Origin: an uncultured Nitrososphaeraceae archaeon
GTDB taxonomy: Archaea; Thermoproteota; Nitrososphaeria; Nitrososphaerales; Nitrososphaeraceae
Reading direction: 5' to 3'
Assembly: GCA_963729045.1 (NCBI GenBank)
Contig: CAVSMN010000015.1
Coordinates: forward strand, 128,001-192,000
DNA: 64,000 nucleotides
Positions 32,314 through 45,172 of the stretch are shown piece by piece. Both the position numbers and the translations under genes were made by a program. The stretch's first letter is position 1, and each line of letters opens with the position of its first letter. Under the pieces are notes generated by a model. It was given only the letters and a program-made list of their open reading frames with translations. It made no database searches and was not told the DNA's origin.

Positions 32314-32641
32314 TCAACTTTTTGAAACATTAAATATGTACAAGACTACTAGTCTGTTCCTTGTTTCCATGGAAATAATGCTTTGTTTTTGATGGAACAA
32401 AAATACAAGAACCTTTTCTTATTTCATGATTCTTTTCTACCATATTGATATATCCTTTTCCTTCCATAACAATATAGAGTTCATCTTCAGAATGAGGTCC
32501 CTGTGTGTCCTTTTGACCTGGATTGAGTCTAAGCACCCCAACTTCAAAACTATTATTGTGCAAGAAATCTAAGAAATATGTTGAATTGTCTTTTTTATCT
32601 AGCTTTAACAGTATTGAATCAAGGTCAAAAATATTATCCAT
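32314..32641 (-). CDS. Cupin domain protein; C-terminal frameshift
   Basis: DTQGPHSEDELYIVMEGKG, FVPSKTKHYFH; tail LVVLYIFNVSKS* in a shifted frame. Confidence 0.85.
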
Positions 32642-32940
32642 GTCTTCTTACAATATATCCTAAATTAGTTTGTTCTCTTGCTGCTATGTTGGACCTAATG
32701 ATGTACGTTTGATGAATGAACAATTTAATTCGTAAATAAGACCGGGAGAATATACGATTTGGTTCAGTCCCTACATGAAATTTATTCGAAACATAACAAT
32801 GATTTTACCTACATTGTCAGGATCTAGATTATGATTTGAATTAACTGAAATATTAAAAAATACCTGTATTAAAACAACAGCCGCGAAGTGTTCCAAATAA
32901 TTTTGTTTCAGTTTAATACTGGAACTGTATATGTACTATT

Positions 32941-33621
32941 ATGAGCGTCTTGTTTCAGGATCGCGAGCAAGCTGGACACGAGCTAGCAAAAGAATTGGCA
33001 GTGATTCTGAAAAAAAATCAAATAGATTTATCTAATGCTGAAAATGAGTTAATTGTTTTAGCGATACCACGAGGTGGTATCATATTAGGTGACATCATAG
33101 CAAACCATTTCCAATGTAATTTGGATGTTATCATTTCTAGAAAGATAAGGGCTGAATTCAATGAAGAATTCGCAATAGGTGCAATGATGCCAGACGGAAG
33201 CTACTTTTTGAATGAAGGAATTGCACGCCTTTTCAATATTTCCCAAGCTTATTTAAAAAAGGAGATAGATTTTCAAAAAAAGGAAATCAGGAGACGTCTG
33301 ATAGAATTTAGAGGCGATATTTCCTATCATGATAAATTTGAGGGGAAAGTTATTGTCCTTGTTGATGACGGAATAGCTACAGGATCTACCATAATCGCCT
33401 CAGCAGAATGGGTAAAGAACAATTGTAATTGCAAACAACTTGTTGTTGCAGTACCTGTAGCACCCGCCAGAGATGAAACTGTGAATAAGCTTGCTAAAAT
33501 AGCTGACAATATTGTAATTTTGCATATGGAAGAGGCTTTTTCTGCCGTCGGTCAATTTTACAGAGACTTTGATCAAGTAAGTGACGAAACTGTAAAGAAA
33601 ATCATGATGAAATATCATTAG
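32941..33621 (+). CDS. Phosphoribosyltransferase family protein
   Basis: FQDREQAG, LAIPRGG, VLVDDGIATGST, AVGQFYRDFDQVSDE. Confidence 0.92.
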   Translation: MSVLFQDREQAGHELAKELAVILKKNQIDLSNAENELIVLAIPRGGIILGDIIANHFQCNLDVIISRKIRAEFNEEFAIGAMMPDGSYFLNEGIARLFNISQAYLKKEIDFQKKEIRRRLIEFRGDISYHDKFEGKVIVLVDDGIATGSTIIASAEWVKNNCNCKQLVVAVPVAPARDETVNKLAKIADNIVILHMEEAFSAVGQFYRDFDQVSDETVKKIMMKYH

Positions 33622-33757
33622 TCTATTTTGGATAATAACTTTTTATAAAGAATTAAAGTTAATATTGTAAAATGTATATGACTTCATTATCAATCTTGGT
33701 AAATACTATTGAGACCAATTTGGGCTATTAAAAAATAAATAACCGGATCGAATTTGG

Positions 33758-36173
33758 ATGATTGAATCTGCTGTGCCTTTACTACTGGCGGGACCCATTA
33801 TTCGTCGAGTTGACAAAACACAAGTGTGTATCTGGATAGCAACGAGCAAAGCCGTAAATGCAAAAGTAGAAATATTCAAATTCTATAGGTCAAAAAGTAA
33901 CTTTTTACTAAGCAAAACAGTTAATGAACATACTGATAACGAACTTGTACTACACTTCTCTCGATCTAATATGCATATTATAGGTAGTGGTAAATGTACT
34001 TCGCTGAAACTGGGAGATAACCTATATGTGAGCCTTATAATTGCTAGACCATTTTCCTATAATAAATATAATATAGATAATAAAACAAACATGTTATCCA
34101 CTTTTCCCACAGACGAGATCCTGGCTTATGATATTGGAGCTTTTTTTATCTAACGAGAGTAAAGAACATGGACTGCGCTTAAAGGATCTGGGATTATTAT
34201 CTGGGGAAAATACTATACTTTATGATAGTTCTAATCCTGAAGAACTGAACAATCACGACGAAAATCAAGACAAACCATTACCTCCTTTGTTTTCCTTGCC
34301 CACACTCTATATCCCTGCTGGGAAAAATAGTTCTCACCTAAATATTCTCTACGGTTCATGTAGAAAACTGCACGGTAATGATGGGGATAGTTTGATTATA
34401 GGAGATAAACTTCTTGCCTCTTCCATCTCTGATCTAAAAAAAAGACCAAGCTCACTCTTTCTAATAGGCGATCAAATTTATGCTGATGACGTAGCTGGAC
34501 CTCTAATAGGATATCTAGGAAGATTATCAAACGAGCTTCTTGGATGGCGAGAAATTGTTGATGGAATAGACAAAAATCTAGAAGACATACCAATTGGTGG
34601 CCGCAAGGAGATCGTAAGTTCCAAAGCTCAATTTACTTCGGAAGTATCTGACAATCACTTACTAGGATTTGGCGAATTCGCTGCAATGTATTTAGTTTCA
34701 TGGAATCCATTAATCTGGCCCAAAGAATTTAATCCCTATCTAGGAAAATTACATCATACTATCGAATCTAAACAAAAGTATGAAACAGAATTGAAGGATC
34801 TTGAAGAAAGTCGCAAAAATCTTAGAAAAATTAGAAGACTTCTTGCTAATGTGCCTACTTATATGATTTGTGATGATCATGAAATAACTGACGATTGGAA
34901 CATAGATCGGAAATGGAGCGACTCTGTGAGAAACAGTAAGAGCGGATCTCAAATAATTGCCAATGGTCTTGTAGCTTATTGGGCTTTTCAGGCTTGGGGG
35001 AACGATCCAGATTCGTTTGATGATGACTTTGTTGAAACAATCAAGATGTACCTTGATCTAAAAAAACAAAAGAGTTTGTTCCATTTTGACAAGACTTCAA
35101 AGATTTCGATTTTGAATGACGACCGTGAAGACAATGAAATTGATAAAACACAAATATGGAAGATAGGATTTGGGATATTAAAAAGTGGACGTATGTTGCT
35201 CCTACATATCCGCTTTCCATATTTTTAGATTGTAGAACACAGAGAGAATTTGTAAATCCCGATGGTCCTCCAGTATTATTAAATGATGAGGTCTTAGATT
35301 ACATTAAATCTGAAGTTTATAACTCTGGATATAAACGAGGTGACCCGCTCGTCATTATATCTCCGACACCAGTTTTTGGTTTTGAACATGCCGAAAGTGT
35401 ACAGCGATTTCTGACCTCCATTTCAGGAACTTATAAGTGGGACCTTGAAACATGGAGATCTAATGAAGCGGGATTCATAAAATTCTTGGCTTTTGTGTCT
35501 AATACGTTTAGCCCTGATTATTGCGTTATTTTATCAGGAGATGTTCATTATGCCTTTACAATGAAAGCAAGATTTGATCTATCCACTGCAGGGAATCACA
35601 CAAAGCAATTTGCTTTTGATTTGGGAAATAATATCCCGATATTATCTTCTTTATCATTTGCTCAATTGACTGCTAGCCCTTTGCGAAGTAACAGCTTGAA
35701 AAAGAGAAAGTTAGCAATAATGATTCTAAATTTGGTACATAAAATCATCATAACTAGAAAATGTCATCACGCATAGGCTTTCTTGACGCATCTTATGACC
35801 CTGGTTACAATAGTCATAGAATTTCAAAAGAATTAAAGGAAGATAACAGTATCCAAATAAAGAAAATCCAAATTATTCAAAACATGGAAAAGAAGTGTCA
35901 TTTCCTATTAAAATTAAGACTATCTATACAAGTTTGATTAATCGTTATTTTATTGATAAGGAGGCGAAGGCTGCTGAGCGATTTCCAAATTGGAGGGAGT
36001 CTAGAATGCTTGTCACACCAAAAGGTCATGGTACTACTCCCGTGTTAGCAAATAATAACATAGGTTCGGTTTCATTAAATTTAAAATCACGTACTGTAGA
36101 ACACACCTTATTTTTTCTTGAAAGTAATAAAGTACGATCTAGCATGGCCATAATTGAATTTGAAGATAGATAA
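33758..36173 (+). CDS. PhoD-like (alkaline phosphatase D superfamily) metallophosphatase, in four fragments
   Basis: LLAGPIIRR, YGSCRKLH, GDQIYADDV, MICDDHEITDDWN, LDCRTQR, LSGDVHY, QLTASP. Confidence 0.8.
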
Positions 36174-36453
36174 AAAGACACTGGACTGAATTTTCTTCTT
36201 CTTTTTAAAATCTAAAAATATTTAAAAGATTAAGAAGGTAAATGAAGAGGATAATTAAACTAATTGTTATTTAGATGACAAGTTATTATGATGCGATAAT
36301 CCATTACTATGACAATATTTTTAAAAAGAATTACTTGAAGATTACCTGAAGACTTTGTTCATGCTAGCAAAATGATAGGAAAATCTCTTGTTACCACTCT
36401 TACGAACCTGATTGAGATATTGAATAAATATTTGTAAAAGATTTTACTGATGT

Positions 36454-37668
36454 TTACTTACTTTTTTCTAACTTTTCTTCAGTTTTACTTTCGCCTTGAT
36501 CTATTAATTCCCTAATCGTTCTACTAGAGAAATCACTATTCTTTAAGATTGATGGAGATTCGATTTCACTTCTAATTATTCTAGTAACAGATTTAATTTC
36601 TGCCCCATAATTTTCAATCAAGTCTTTATATTCATTTTGGATATCATTTCTTTCCTGCTTGCTTAGCATGGAATGATCAACTTGTTTCTCAAATATTTCG
36701 TATAGTTTCTCTATTAATTTTATATGCCTAGTAACTAATCTTGCATTTTTAATACTTTCAATATCTTTATCACAAAATAAAATGTCCTTATATCTATTTA
36801 CCACTTCTATAAAATTGGAAGGAAGTCTATCGATTCTTTGGGGATAGTTTTCAACTATGAAAATATTCTTATCATTTCGTGGTGACACATAGAGTACTTC
36901 TCTTATTGGAGTATTGCTAAGCAAGCTTCCATCCCATGCTTTAATGTTATTTCCTAAATCGACCCAAGGAAATCCATATATTGGATATCCCGAACTTGCT
37001 AGAATATGTTCTGGTTTTATTTTCATCAGTGTATTATCAAAAATAAGTGGCCTGGCTGTCATAACATCCACTGCTGTCATTATTAACCTCAAAACGGAAG
37101 GCAACTCTTCTTTGGTTGCTGCAAGATTTAATTTTTCATAGTCTATGTATTTTTCTAGAGTCCCTACTAAAGGGGAGTGGTCATAAATAAATGTCCAATT
37201 TCTAGGATCAAAATACTGCTCTTCGAGTCTACCCATGATGCCATGAAAGTTCTTACTGGTATTCCACCACTGCCATCTTGGTATAAACATTTTGGGAACT
37301 CCAAAAAAAGCTGCATTTGCAGAAGCGGATGAAATGGTCTTAGGGACATACGTTCTTGTTCTACTGTCCCATCCATAAGCCCATAAATCTGGTATAATTT
37401 CAAGGCTACTCTCACCAATTTCCAGCCAAAAGTCTTCAAGGTCTTTTTCTGGGTGCCCGGATTTACTTCCAACTATTATGGCTGCGTTGACTGCACCTAT
37501 GGAAGTGCCTGCGACTATATCTATCTGCACCTTATGTTTTACTAATGCCTTAAACACACCACAAGCGAAAGCCCCTAGAGAGCCACCCCCTTGCATGACA
37601 AGAACATTTTCTATATTTCTAGATTCCTTGTGTCTTGTAGTACTGGCCTCTTTTATGGTATAACTCAT
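36454..37668 (-). CDS. Patatin-like phospholipase/esterase
   Basis: QGGGSLGAF, GTSIG nucleophile elbow, WDGSLLSNTP. Confidence 0.92.
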   Translation of the reverse strand: MSYTIKEASTTRHKESRNIENVLVMQGGGSLGAFACGVFKALVKHKVQIDIVAGTSIGAVNAAIIVGSKSGHPEKDLEDFWLEIGESSLEIIPDLWAYGWDSRTRTYVPKTISSASANAAFFGVPKMFIPRWQWWNTSKNFHGIMGRLEEQYFDPRNWTFIYDHSPLVGTLEKYIDYEKLNLAATKEELPSVLRLIMTAVDVMTARPLIFDNTLMKIKPEHILASSGYPIYGFPWVDLGNNIKAWDGSLLSNTPIREVLYVSPRNDKNIFIVENYPQRIDRLPSNFIEVVNRYKDILFCDKDIESIKNARLVTRHIKLIEKLYEIFEKQVDHSMLSKQERNDIQNEYKDLIENYGAEIKSVTRIIRSEIESPSILKNSDFSSRTIRELIDQGESKTEEKLEKSK

Positions 37669-37963
37669 CTGTATAACATAATTTACAAGAAAGCTTATTT
37701 AGATGAGCCATAAAAGATTTAAATATATTAGAAAAATTGACCAGAGTCCTTTCGCTACTCTAATTCGGCGTTATTATTTCTCAGATATGGGCATTAAAAA
37801 TTCAACCTTGAAATTGATTCTTATTTTTGTAGACAGATGAAGGAAAAATCATCTGATGATCTTACTATTGTAAACTAATTTCTGTTAGACCTATTCAAAT
37901 TAATTTGGTGATTAACTGCCTAGTAAAGCATGATTATAGAAGCCGCAGCGTACTGCACCATAC

Positions 37964-38845
37964 TTAACCAATTATGAATTCTGAAGAATCTATTTTTACT
38001 CTTGGAAATTCTGGTTTCATACTTTCCAATTTTTTTAAAATAATATAAGATATTGCCCAATTTCGAAAATGTTTTACGTTTGCAGGTATGATATACCAGG
38101 GTGCCCATTTCCTGTTGCATAAACTTATTACTTTTTCGTAGGCATCCATGTATTTACCCCAATTACGATGACTTACTAAATCACTTTCTTTTATTTTCCA
38201 CTGTTTTGTAGGGTCCTGTATTCGTTCTTGGAGTCTCTTTTTCTGTTCATCTTTGCTAATATTTAAAAAGAACTTTATTATGGTAACATTATTTTCTGAC
38301 AAATATCTCTCAAAATCATTGATTTGGTTGTACCTAAGATTCAATTGATCCTTAGAAACTAGATTGTTTACGCTAGGTTCTATAATGTCCTCATAATGAG
38401 AACGATTAAAAATTGCTATTTGACCTTTTGAAGGAACTTCGATATGAATTCGCCAAAGATAGTCATGAGATAATTCTGTTTCATTAGGAACCTTAAATGA
38501 CTTTACATAACAGTTTTGGGGATTTAATGCTTCCATCACTTGACGAATTGTTCCATCTTTTCCTGAGGCGTCAGCTCCCTGTAAGATAATTAATAAGGAT
38601 TTACTATTGGCTGCGAATAGCTTGTATTGTAATTCTGATATCCTTTTAGAAAATTGTTCCATTTCTGTCAACATCTCAATTTTACTTTTATTCCCGCTAT
38701 ATTGCGGATCCCAATCCTTTAATTTTATCTGATTTGCAGAGGATTTGGTTGGCTTTACTAAAAATTTTCTAAAAGGATCCATGACTGATCCAGATAAAAT
38801 GATACTGGATTTAAATCTGTATCTGCCATGCATTTTATAAAACAT
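37964..38845 (-). CDS. ppk2: Polyphosphate kinase 2 family (class III-like)
   Basis: QGADASGKDG, SFKVP, HDYLWR, FNRSHYED, KFFLNISKDEQ, APWYIIPA. Confidence 0.93.
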   Translation of the reverse strand: MFYKMHGRYRFKSSIILSGSVMDPFRKFLVKPTKSSANQIKLKDWDPQYSGNKSKIEMLTEMEQFSKRISELQYKLFAANSKSLLIILQGADASGKDGTIRQVMEALNPQNCYVKSFKVPNETELSHDYLWRIHIEVPSKGQIAIFNRSHYEDIIEPSVNNLVSKDQLNLRYNQINDFERYLSENNVTIIKFFLNISKDEQKKRLQERIQDPTKQWKIKESDLVSHRNWGKYMDAYEKVISLCNRKWAPWYIIPANVKHFRNWAISYIILKKLESMKPEFPRVKIDSSEFIIG

Positions 38846-39223
38846 TCAGAAGAATTGGCTACTTGGAAAGTATCTTGCTAAAAAGTGCAGAAAATGATAA
38901 AGTTATCTTTTATCTTTTTAAAACTTGAACTTGATCTCTATTAAAAAATATATAATTAACTACTACTAACGAATATTGTAAATATAAAAAATATTCCCAA
39001 TGAAAATAATTTTGTTAATTGTTATCCTACTTCATTAGTCCATTAATATTTTTTAAAGTATTAGAGGTCTAATCTTAAGGTCATGAAGGTGTTGAATACT
39101 TAGATGCGAATTTGCAACGAAATCTACAATCATATCATTTATGACAAAACAATGCCTAAAGCAACGATTAAACTAGTAAATGAAAGCAAATATTTAGATA
39201 ATATAAAATATTGACTATTATTT

Positions 39224-39747
39224 ATGCGAATTTCACCAGAAATGACAAAAGCAATTAATGAACAAATTTCTTATGAAGCCTCGTCCGCGAATGCATATAT
39301 TGCAATCGGATCATGGTGTGAGAGAACTGGATATGACGGTAGTGCAGCTTTCTTCTTTGAACAAGCTAGCGAAGAAAACCAACATATGCTGAGGTTCATT
39401 CATTATCTCAACGGTGCTGGTGCAGAAGCGATTGTTCCTGCAATAGATAAGCCTCAAAATAGCTTTGAATCACTTAAATCTGCATTTGAATTTGGTCTAC
39501 AAGGTGAGCAAACCGTATCCAAATCCATTTATGAGTTGGTGGATATGGCTGGAAAGAAAAAGATTATTCTACTTACTCATTTTTGCAATGGTTTGTAACC
39601 GAACAGATAGAGGAAGAGACATTATTTCAAACAATTCTCCAAAAATTTGATTTACTCGGTGGTGACAAATTGGCTATTTATCAGATCGATCAGTCTCTTT
39701 CTTCTATCAGATCCCAGATCGTGAGTAAGCAAGCAAAGCAGGGATAA
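39224..39747 (+). CDS. ftn: Non-haem ferritin; frameshift near 39555
   Basis: INEQISYE, EENQHM, then FLQWFVTEQIEEE in a shifted frame ending at TAA 39745-39747. Confidence 0.92.
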
Positions 39748-40056
39748 TCCTTATAGATGTAAAAATTCCAATTTATCTTTTTTAGTAATTCTCAGCTGGA
39801 AGTATTTCATTAACAAAAAATTTTGAACTCAAAATCTTTATTTTAGCCTCTTTTCTAGTAATCTTGTCTTACGCAATTTATTAATGTGTGTATTTTAATT
39901 GCTCTTCACTAACTCAATAAACAGATAGATTTCAGAGTCAATAAACATTTTAGACAATGAGTAGTGATTCGTTGCATTACCATTGATTACTTTTTTGAGT
40001 TTGAACATTAGACCTATATCCGATAGCATCCAAATGAACCGCTCAATCAACCTTGA

Positions 40057-40359
40057 ATAATACTTGGACGAATCATCCATATAATTACCTGTGAACTAGT
40101 AAGCTCGAGTGATCTCATATCAAGATTATTAATAAAAATATATGCCTCGAAACGTAAATTTGATGGCACTGTAAGAAAAAATTTAGTAGAACTATGTGAA
40201 TGCGAACTCGGCATAATGAATACTAGTTCATTCTGGAATGTCCATGTATTCAATAACGAAATTGAGAAGGAAGCGGATAACAAGAAATTTCGTGATGTCA
40301 AAGTGGATGAAGTAGATGGGGTTGATCAGGATTATTTAGATGAGCAAATTAATATGTGA
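40057..40359 (+). other. Open frame of about 100 codons without a canonical start; possible small acidic-tailed protein or gene remnant
   Basis: Stop-free from 40057 to TGA 40357-40359 (...KVDEVDGVDQDYLDEQINM*); absent from the ORF track. Confidence 0.3.
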
Positions 40360-41080
40360 TTCTTATTGGAAAAGATATTAAAAAATTTCAAAACTTAAGA
40401 CTTAATCGGATAAAACTGAGAACGAAAAAAATCAGATTTTTACTGATTCGCTATTTGAACACAAAATAACACCAACGATTTAGTCCAAATCTCTGAATTA
40501 CACACTGACTTTTGAAGCTCACTGAGAACCAAATTTAATTTTGTAAATTAATGCTTATCAAAATATTATGAAAATACCTCCATTATGCCGCGTCTTCGTT
40601 AAAAAATTTAGTAAAAAACAACCACTGGATTAAAAAAAGAAACCAAATTTAGACAAAACCATATTGCTGAGAATAATTCTATATATTCGTTTTTGCACTC
40701 AGATTTCTACAGAAGAACGGTATAAGGCAGTTTCTTCTACTTTCGCTAATAGGTCTATATTTAAGGAACCCTTGAAGAGTTATTTTGTAAAATTATTCTA
40801 AAGCCTTTCAAATAAAATTAAAAATATGACAATCATTAATTCTAGTTAATTACGTTATACTCTTCCGTTCTCTTACCTCGATAAAGTTGGTATTTGATGC
40901 TGGGCATTAGAGTCCAGTTTTTATCGTTTTCGATTACAAGTGTAATGGTTGATTGATTGCAAAAAATTGGATAGGATTTTTACCCTTTGTCAATATCTGA
41001 ATAATAATTTAAAGTTCAATAGTTAAAAGTATGTAACATACACTAGAAGCTCTTAAACGAGATGCATCTGTGCAAATATC

Positions 41081-41944
41081 ATGAGTCTCAACATTGCGGT
41101 AATTATTAAATTAGAACCGGATTTTTCTGACGGAAATGTAAGTTATAATCCGGATGGGACATTAAACAGAGCAGAAACTAAAACTATTTTGGGACATCAT
41201 AGTGCAATTGCATCACAAGCTGCCTTTTATGCTAAAGTAAAGTATGGTGCGCGTATATCTATTGGGACTATGGGTCCGCCAATGGCCGAATTGGCTCTTG
41301 ATCAATCACTATTATTATCTGACGCTGAAGAATTGCATCTATACAGCGACAGATCGTTTGCAGGTGCAGATACTCTGTCTACAGCAGAGGTTCTAAAAAC
41401 AGGGATATCCAAGATGAATGATGGAAAATCAATGGATATTGTATTTTCTGGCTTTAGAGCATCAGATGGTGAAACAGGTCAGACTGGTCCTCAAACGGCC
41501 TGGAAATTGGGTTTTACTTTCTTAGGTAATGTTATTAGCTACGAAATAGATATTGAAAAACGAGTAATAACTGCTGTCCGCCTTGTTTCATACGGAAATT
41601 ATAACCTGATAGAACAGGTGCAGGCACCTCTACCCGTTTTTATTGCTATAGATCCATCTTACAAATCTCCTTTTATGACAGTTTCTCAAAGATTAAGCGC
41701 ATCAAGATATCAAAAAGAAGCCACGATAAGATCGAGTAATTATAAATCAATTTTGAAAGTATTTAATGCTAAAGAATTGGGAGTTGATCCAAAATTAGTA
41801 GGGTTGCCTGGTTCACCTACAATTGTATATAAAGTGGAAAAAATTCCAAAAATAAAATCAAATAGGAGTGCACAGACCATTGAGAATATTGATACTGGTG
41901 AAATCTCTAACATTCTTGAGAAAATCCATGAAACAATTACATAA
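41081..41944 (+). CDS. fixA: Electron transfer flavoprotein beta subunit (FixA)
   Basis: TMGPP, SDRSFAGADTLST, GFRASDGETGQTGP, GLPGSPT. Confidence 0.92.
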   Translation: MSLNIAVIIKLEPDFSDGNVSYNPDGTLNRAETKTILGHHSAIASQAAFYAKVKYGARISIGTMGPPMAELALDQSLLLSDAEELHLYSDRSFAGADTLSTAEVLKTGISKMNDGKSMDIVFSGFRASDGETGQTGPQTAWKLGFTFLGNVISYEIDIEKRVITAVRLVSYGNYNLIEQVQAPLPVFIAIDPSYKSPFMTVSQRLSASRYQKEATIRSSNYKSILKVFNAKELGVDPKLVGLPGSPTIVYKVEKIPKIKSNRSAQTIENIDTGEISNILEKIHETIT

Positions 41945-41969
41945 ACAATGTGAGTGTGTGAATGAGTGA

Positions 41970-43305
41970 ATGAGCGTGAAAGAAATGAATGAAAATATGA
42001 ACAAGACAATAGATCAAACTGCTGCTTTGACGAAAGAGAAAGAGAAGGAGGTTGAGGTTAAGGAGGTTGACAACATCAATAAAATGAATGAGACAAGTAA
42101 ATACAGAAACTTGTATGTTATTATCGAACAAGTGGATGGTAAAATTATTCCTGTTGGTCTTGAAATGTTATCAGAAGCAAGGAGGCTTATCGATGATTTT
42201 AATAAAAAATATTCACTAAATGAAAAGGTAATTGCAGTAATTCTAGGCAATAATATTAAACATTTATGCAAGGAATTGATTTATTTTGGTGCAGACGCTG
42301 TCATTTTTGCAGACGACCCAAAACTAAATTATCATATAAATAAAATCTATACAAAAATAATTGTTCAAATAGCAACCAATGCAAAATATATCGAAAAGAT
42401 ATCGCCAGAATATTCTAAAGCGTTTAAACGACCTAGATACATGTTCTTTGCTGCCGATAGTACAGGACGACACTTGTCATCCACAGTTCTGGCAGAACTA
42501 GAATCTGGATTGGCCTCTGATATTAATAAACTGGTGATAGAAGATATCGACTTTAGACATGAACATAAAACAAAGGGACAAATGTTAACTTTTGAAAAAA
42601 CACTTAATGATGTATAGACCCGATTTCTCCGGATTTCTTTGGACTACTATTCTTTGTCTAGATAACAAAAATCCCGAAATAAAGAGGGATTATCATCCTC
42701 AAGCATGCAGTATTATTCCTGGTGTATTTGAACCATTAGAAAGAGATGTGTCTAGGACTGGGATAATTGAAGAATGTATTCCAGAGTTTGATACAAAAGA
42801 TCTTGAAATTAAAGTTCTAAGTAGAAATATTCTTAAAGACACGATCGATTTTGGCAGCTATAAAACAATAATAAGTTTTGGAAGGGGTATAAAAGAGGCT
42901 CCAGAAGAGAACATAAAGTTAATAGAAAAACTTGCAAAACTATTAAACGCTGAAATTGGTATATCACTTCCCATTTCAAAAAAACCTTTTAAGTTAAGTG
43001 ACAAAATGAATTCGCTCTATATTACTCCAGAAAGAGTAATAGGAACAAGTGGTCAAAAAGTCGAACCCACTATTTATATCGCATTGGGTATTAGCGGGGC
43101 CACTCAACATCTAGCAGGAATGAAAAATTCAGGATTTATTATAGCAGTAAACCCTGATGAAAATGCTCCAATAAAAAATGAATGCGATGTTTTCATTAAG
43201 GGAAGAATAGAGGATGTTTTACCAATCATGATAGAAGAGCTTGAGCGAGAAAAAATGACACAAACAAAAGAAGAAGAAGGTAGTGCCGTAGTTGGAACAG
43301 TTTGA
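41970..43305 (+). CDS. fixB: Electron transfer flavoprotein alpha subunit (FixB); frameshift near 42600
   Basis: FGADAV, SFGRG, IGTSGQKVEP, YIALGISGATQHLAGM, AVNPDENAPI. Confidence 0.92.
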
Positions 43306-45172
43306 TGTTGTAATAATTGGCGGCGGTTCTGCAGGTCTAGCTGCATTAAAGCAACTATCCTCTCAGGGAATTCAGGCAGTATTGATAGAAGCAGGATCTC
43401 CTGTAGGTTCAAAGAACGTCTCAGGTGGTATACTGTATTCAAAAAATCCTCAAACTGGTAAGGTTTATAATGTTGATGATATATTTGAAAATTTCCTACA
43501 GGAAAAACCATGGGAAAGACAAATTACAAAATATATCCTAAATTGTGTATCTAAAGACAAAGTCCTGTCAATCGATTTGACAGATTCCCATGATTATCAA
43601 TCTAATTTTGGTTGTTCTGTGTTATTAAATAAATTAAACTCTTGGTTTGCCAAACAATCTTTGGAGTCTGCGGAAAGAAATGGCGGAGGCATCGTAAGTG
43701 GAGTTCATGTTAGAAATATCAGATGGGATGATGAAAAAGGCAAAACAATTATCGAAACAGACGAGTTAGATGATTTTGAAGCCAAAGCTGTTATTGCTTC
43801 TGACGGAGTAAATTCAGAGATTGCAGAAATTACAGGAGCACGACAAAAATTTTCACCCCCGGAGTTATATCAAGGGGTAAAGGTTGTTATCAAATTACCA
43901 GAAGAAATAATAGAAGAAAGATTTAATCTAAATCCTGGGGAAGGAACAGCCCATATTTTTGCTGGCGACGTAACTCTCGATCACATTGGGGGAGGTTTTT
44001 TATATACCAATCTTGATTCTCTATCTGCGGGAGTTGTATATCATTATGACTCTTTGATTTCAAATCCAACAGGACCAAACAATCTTGTAAACGCGCTTCT
44101 AAATAATCCATTTGTCAAAGAATATATCAAAGATGAAGTAGCCTTAGAACCCTATCCAGACAAAACCTTATCTAAGATGGAACAATTACGCATTAAATTT
44201 GCAGTCAATAAACAGATAAAAAAATGGGAGAAATTGAGATTTGATTATTATTCGCATGAGGGCAAAAAGAGATTTCTTGAAGATAAAGAATTCAATTCTA
44301 TCGAGGAGGCAAAGTCAAAAATGGATGCTATTCACAAGGAATTACTTGAAAAATATAATACTAGATTTGAAACAGATTATGTAGAATTAGAGTATAGTAC
44401 GAAATTAATTCCGGACGGAAAACGCTGTAGAATGAAAAAGCCCTATATCAAAAACATATTATTCATAGGTGATGCTGCAGGAAGAGGATTATTCATTGGA
44501 CCACGAATCGAGGGATTAAATGTAGGAATTGATGATGCAGCAAGAGCATCTAACGCGATAAAACAAGCGTTAGAAAAAAATAATCTTGATATTACATCAA
44601 ACTATTTGGGTGAGCTTTATTCACAGTCTGTCCAACAAAGTCCTTATACAAGGGATATGGAAAGGATAGACAAGTATTATATCAAAACAATAATCGATGC
44701 TGCAGGCAAGCAAATTCCACCCCAACAGATAGGCAAGTATGGATTTCTTTTTAAGTTGTTTCTAAATGATAAATTAAGAAACGTGTCTATTGACATTGTT
44801 AACAAAATAGGGTACAATAATATGTTATCACTAATAGAATCAAAAGAGACATACATAAATACTCCAATAAATCTCGCAGAAAAACTCGGTACCAAAACCA
44901 TCTCTGAATATTCAATATCTATTCCAGAATTATCTCAACGGATATCGAGTTTAAGTTACAATGATGATCCACAAAGTCATATCAAAATAACAAACTCAAA
45001 AAGCGAATTTATGAAAAAAATGGTTACACTTTGTCCAACTAAATGCTACAGTCTTGAAGGAGAGGATGTAGTTTTGCAACATGAGGGTTGCATAGAATGT
45101 GGGACATGTTCCCCAGAAACAGAATGGAGACATCCAAGAGGTGAAAAAGGAATACAATACAAGTATGGATAA
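43292..45172 (+). CDS. fixC: FixC-like FAD oxidoreductase fused to a C-terminal FixX-like ferredoxin
   Basis: GGGSAG, GSKNVSGG, ASDGVNS, IGDAAG; tail LCPTKCY...GCIECGTC...WRHPRGEKGIQYKYG. Confidence 0.9.
   Translation: MEQFDVVIIGGGSAGLAALKQLSSQGIQAVLIEAGSPVGSKNVSGGILYSKNPQTGKVYNVDDIFENFLQEKPWERQITKYILNCVSKDKVLSIDLTDSHDYQSNFGCSVLLNKLNSWFAKQSLESAERNGGGIVSGVHVRNIRWDDEKGKTIIETDELDDFEAKAVIASDGVNSEIAEITGARQKFSPPELYQGVKVVIKLPEEIIEERFNLNPGEGTAHIFAGDVTLDHIGGGFLYTNLDSLSAGVVYHYDSLISNPTGPNNLVNALLNNPFVKEYIKDEVALEPYPDKTLSKMEQLRIKFAVNKQIKKWEKLRFDYYSHEGKKRFLEDKEFNSIEEAKSKMDAIHKELLEKYNTRFETDYVELEYSTKLIPDGKRCRMKKPYIKNILFIGDAAGRGLFIGPRIEGLNVGIDDAARASNAIKQALEKNNLDITSNYLGELYSQSVQQSPYTRDMERIDKYYIKTIIDAAGKQIPPQQIGKYGFLFKLFLNDKLRNVSIDIVNKIGYNNMLSLIESKETYINTPINLAEKLGTKTISEYSISIPELSQRISSLSYNDDPQSHIKITNSKSEFMKKMVTLCPTKCYSLEGEDVVLQHEGCIECGTCSPETEWRHPRGEKGIQYKYG

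Noticed and set aside
41081..45172. Nitrogen fixation implied by fix genes
   Set aside because: No nif genes in the window; FixABCX/ETF systems occur widely in non-diazotrophs
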